Assembly (NCBI RefSeq): GCF_020745735.1 | Contig: NC_083424.1 | Span: forward strand, 37,248,999-37,312,998 | DNA: 64,000 nt | Reading direction: 5' to 3' | Source: Hemiscyllium ocellatum | Lineage: Eukaryota | Part shown: positions 61,960 through 64,000 of the stretch, one piece after another | How positions within the stretch are numbered: the first letter of the stretch is position 1 | Layout: each line of letters opens with the position of its first letter | Notes under the pieces: model-generated | The model's database searches: none | The model's input: only the letters and a program-made list of their open reading frames with translations | Told to the model about the DNA's origin: nothing | Made by a program: the position numbers and the translations under genes

Positions 61960-62873
61960 TTTCAGTTTATTTAAAGAATCAAGAATTCTTTAGCCTTCTC
62001 TGGTGATCCAAAGTTACATACGGATCCTTCGTGGCTGAAGCACAGCATTGCCGGGTAACTAGGGCGGGACACTAGTTAGGCGAGGTTATGGTGGGGTTAT
62101 TGACAGGTAGTTACACCCTCTGGGAGCAAGGGGGAAAACCTCGTTTCAAATATGGATATTTAAGTCTCTTAGACGCTTCTTCTCCTCATCGAATGCCCTC
62201 CTCTTGCAGACCGTGGCTTGAGGAAAATCCTGGAATAACATAATCCTGAAACCCTTGTGCATCATGGCCTGGGGATCCTTCCCCAGGACTCTGGAGGCTT
62301 CCAGGAGCATCTGCTTTCGCTTTATATCATTGGAGCTGGAATAGAACTGGGCGAGGGCACTGGTCTGACCCGAGCCTGCATATAGTAACCCGGTGGACCC
62401 ACTTCAGCCACACCTGGCCGGGTCCGGACTCCAACCCTCATATTTGAGGGAGCCATTGCTCCAAAGAAAAACTGCGAGCTGGCCTTCCTCTTCCCATTCG
62501 GGAAGGCCCAGCAACCGAACATTTTTCAACTGCCACAATTGTCGAGGTTGTCAATGTGTCCTTCCAAGGTCTGGACTCGCTGCTCAAGAGCCCGGACCCG
62601 GCCCACAGTCAATATGGCAGCAGCTACCGAGGTCGCGGACTTTTGCTCCGCCCCTCCAGCGTGCTGTTCGAGCTTTTCAATTTCTCTGTGGTGCTTCTGC
62701 AGCACGACAGAGAACGACTCCCACCTGGTCCTGGACTCTTCGATGAAGGCGATGATCCTCTCCAGCAGCTTGTTGATCCTGGAGATCAGGCTCGCCTCTG
62801 CAGGTAAGTCCCGCGAGGCGGTCACAGACATCTCTGCTGCTGCTGGAGGGGGTGGGGGAGGGGTCCTGCCCAT
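61960..62873 (-). pseudogene. L1 ORF1 (coiled coil, RRM, CTD), disrupted
   Basis: Heptad-rich IEKLEQH..VRALEQRVQTLEGHIDNLDN, then RIMLFQDF..RRAFDE..YPAML. Confidence 0.85.
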
Positions 62874-63062
62874 TGCGAGCTGTGGGAATTTTTGCCCTTA
62901 ATCATTTTAAGAACAACACCAAACTGTTCAAGCTTGATGTAAAATGACTAACTATGCTGGGCAAAAGCTATTTTAAATGATTTAAAAAAGGTATGGTGAA
63001 GGCGTGTGCCCCTCTTTGTCAGAGTCTTAGGCAGAGCACTCTCGACTCAGACTTGCTGGGAC

Positions 63063-63074
63063 GCCGCCATCTTG
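63063..63074 (-). promoter_or_regulatory. YY1-type motif at the L1 5' end
   Basis: CAAGATGGCGGC about 10 nt from the element start. The position is analogous to the YY1 site of mammalian L1 promoters. Confidence 0.65.
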
Positions 63075-63871
63075 AATCTCCTGTTCTCCCTTTTAAACCT
63101 ATTGCCGATATTTGATGTGCATTTTTTCTCAATGTTAGCAGTAAATTTTATTTCTCACACTCAAGAAAACTTTGGTAATTAGCTCTGTCATTTTCTGGAG
63201 AGCAACATTTTAATTAAAGTGTGAGAGCTGTATGCCAAAAGGAAGTGAAACAAAATTGTAATACATTTGATACAGAATCCTGTATTTACATTCTGCTGAT
63301 GCTTCTAATTTATGAGTTACTTAAGATGATGATAAAAGCATAAACACACTTTCATTCTCAGTTTTCGCAAAGTTCTCAAATTAAGTTGTAATGATTGCTT
63401 TTCCTTGCTAAAAGCAGAACATAATTCACAGTTTTCAGGAAATCATGGAAAAAAAATCAGATAATGAGCATTAAACACCTCAGAATTCAGGGACTCAGTT
63501 ATAAATAATCAGCTGACATTCTGAGGCAACCCAGCTGACGCAACAAAGCCAATCTATACGGATCAAAATATTGTGGAGACCTATTCAGGATCAGCACAAA
63601 CTGAAAACAGATGACAAGAAATTTATTAGACTTTCCCACTGTTAAGCCAAGCAGGTCTATTATACTTCATCTAAGGATGAATTTACTTGCAGAACAAAAT
63701 TACTATTTCCCAGACACTGAATCATATTTATGACTCCATGAACTCCTGTGAAACAGACAGCAAGAGACAAAGGTTGCAAAATATATGTAGTGCCAAACCC
63801 TGAGCTTTAAAACATGTCAGGTGGAAGCTCCTGGCTACCTCTGGAGCAGCCTGTCATATGCTAACTGTCAG

Positions 63872-63960
63872 AGTGTTTGTGTGTGTGTGTGTGTATGTTC
63901 GTGTACAAGTCCATGTGTGTATGTGTCCATGTGTGTGTGTGTTCGTGTGTGGGTGTGTGC
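63872..63960. repeat. Imperfect (TG)n microsatellite
   Basis: Direct inspection. Confidence 0.9.
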
Positions 63961-64000
63961 ACGCGCCAGAACAGAGCAGAACGAGCCAGTAAAGACAAAC

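Larger units (their letters stand above)
53737..63083 (-). mobile_element. Full-length, inactivated L1 (LINE-1) with nested insertions
   Basis: 12-bp TSD TTCTCCCTTTTA at 53725-53736 and 63084-63095. 5' UTR, ORF1, spacer, ORF2 and an A/T-rich 3' end are all present in order. Confidence 0.93.

Overview
Eukaryotic, repeat-dominated DNA. I infer a cartilaginous fish (shark) from HE1-type V-SINEs, HER1/CR1 LINEs and SacSINE1-like sequence. I could not support any intact host exon, tRNA/rRNA gene or CRISPR array, so the window looks intronic or intergenic. It holds layered transposon remains: (1) a full-length but inactivated L1 on the minus strand (53737-63083, 12-bp TSD) with a nested CR1 and a nested HE1 SINE; (2) a long plus-strand CR1 (about 33375-36727) and many CR1 3' fragments; (3) Rex1/Babar, Tx1, L2 and Penelope (GIY-YIG) fragments; (4) a solo LTR, a Tigger/pogo remnant, scattered PIF/Harbinger remnants and a possible DDE integrase fossil. 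The most notable signals are: two non-autonomous elements that join different 24-bp VNTRs to a Rex1-type 3' tail (SVA-like architecture); Penelope-derived fold-back mini-elements and termini carrying minimal hammerhead ribozyme motifs; and two inverted copies of the L1 inter-ORF spacer that interrupt ORF1 and ORF2 of that same L1. Family names come from my recognition of motifs, not from database searches. Boundaries of old elements are approximate.
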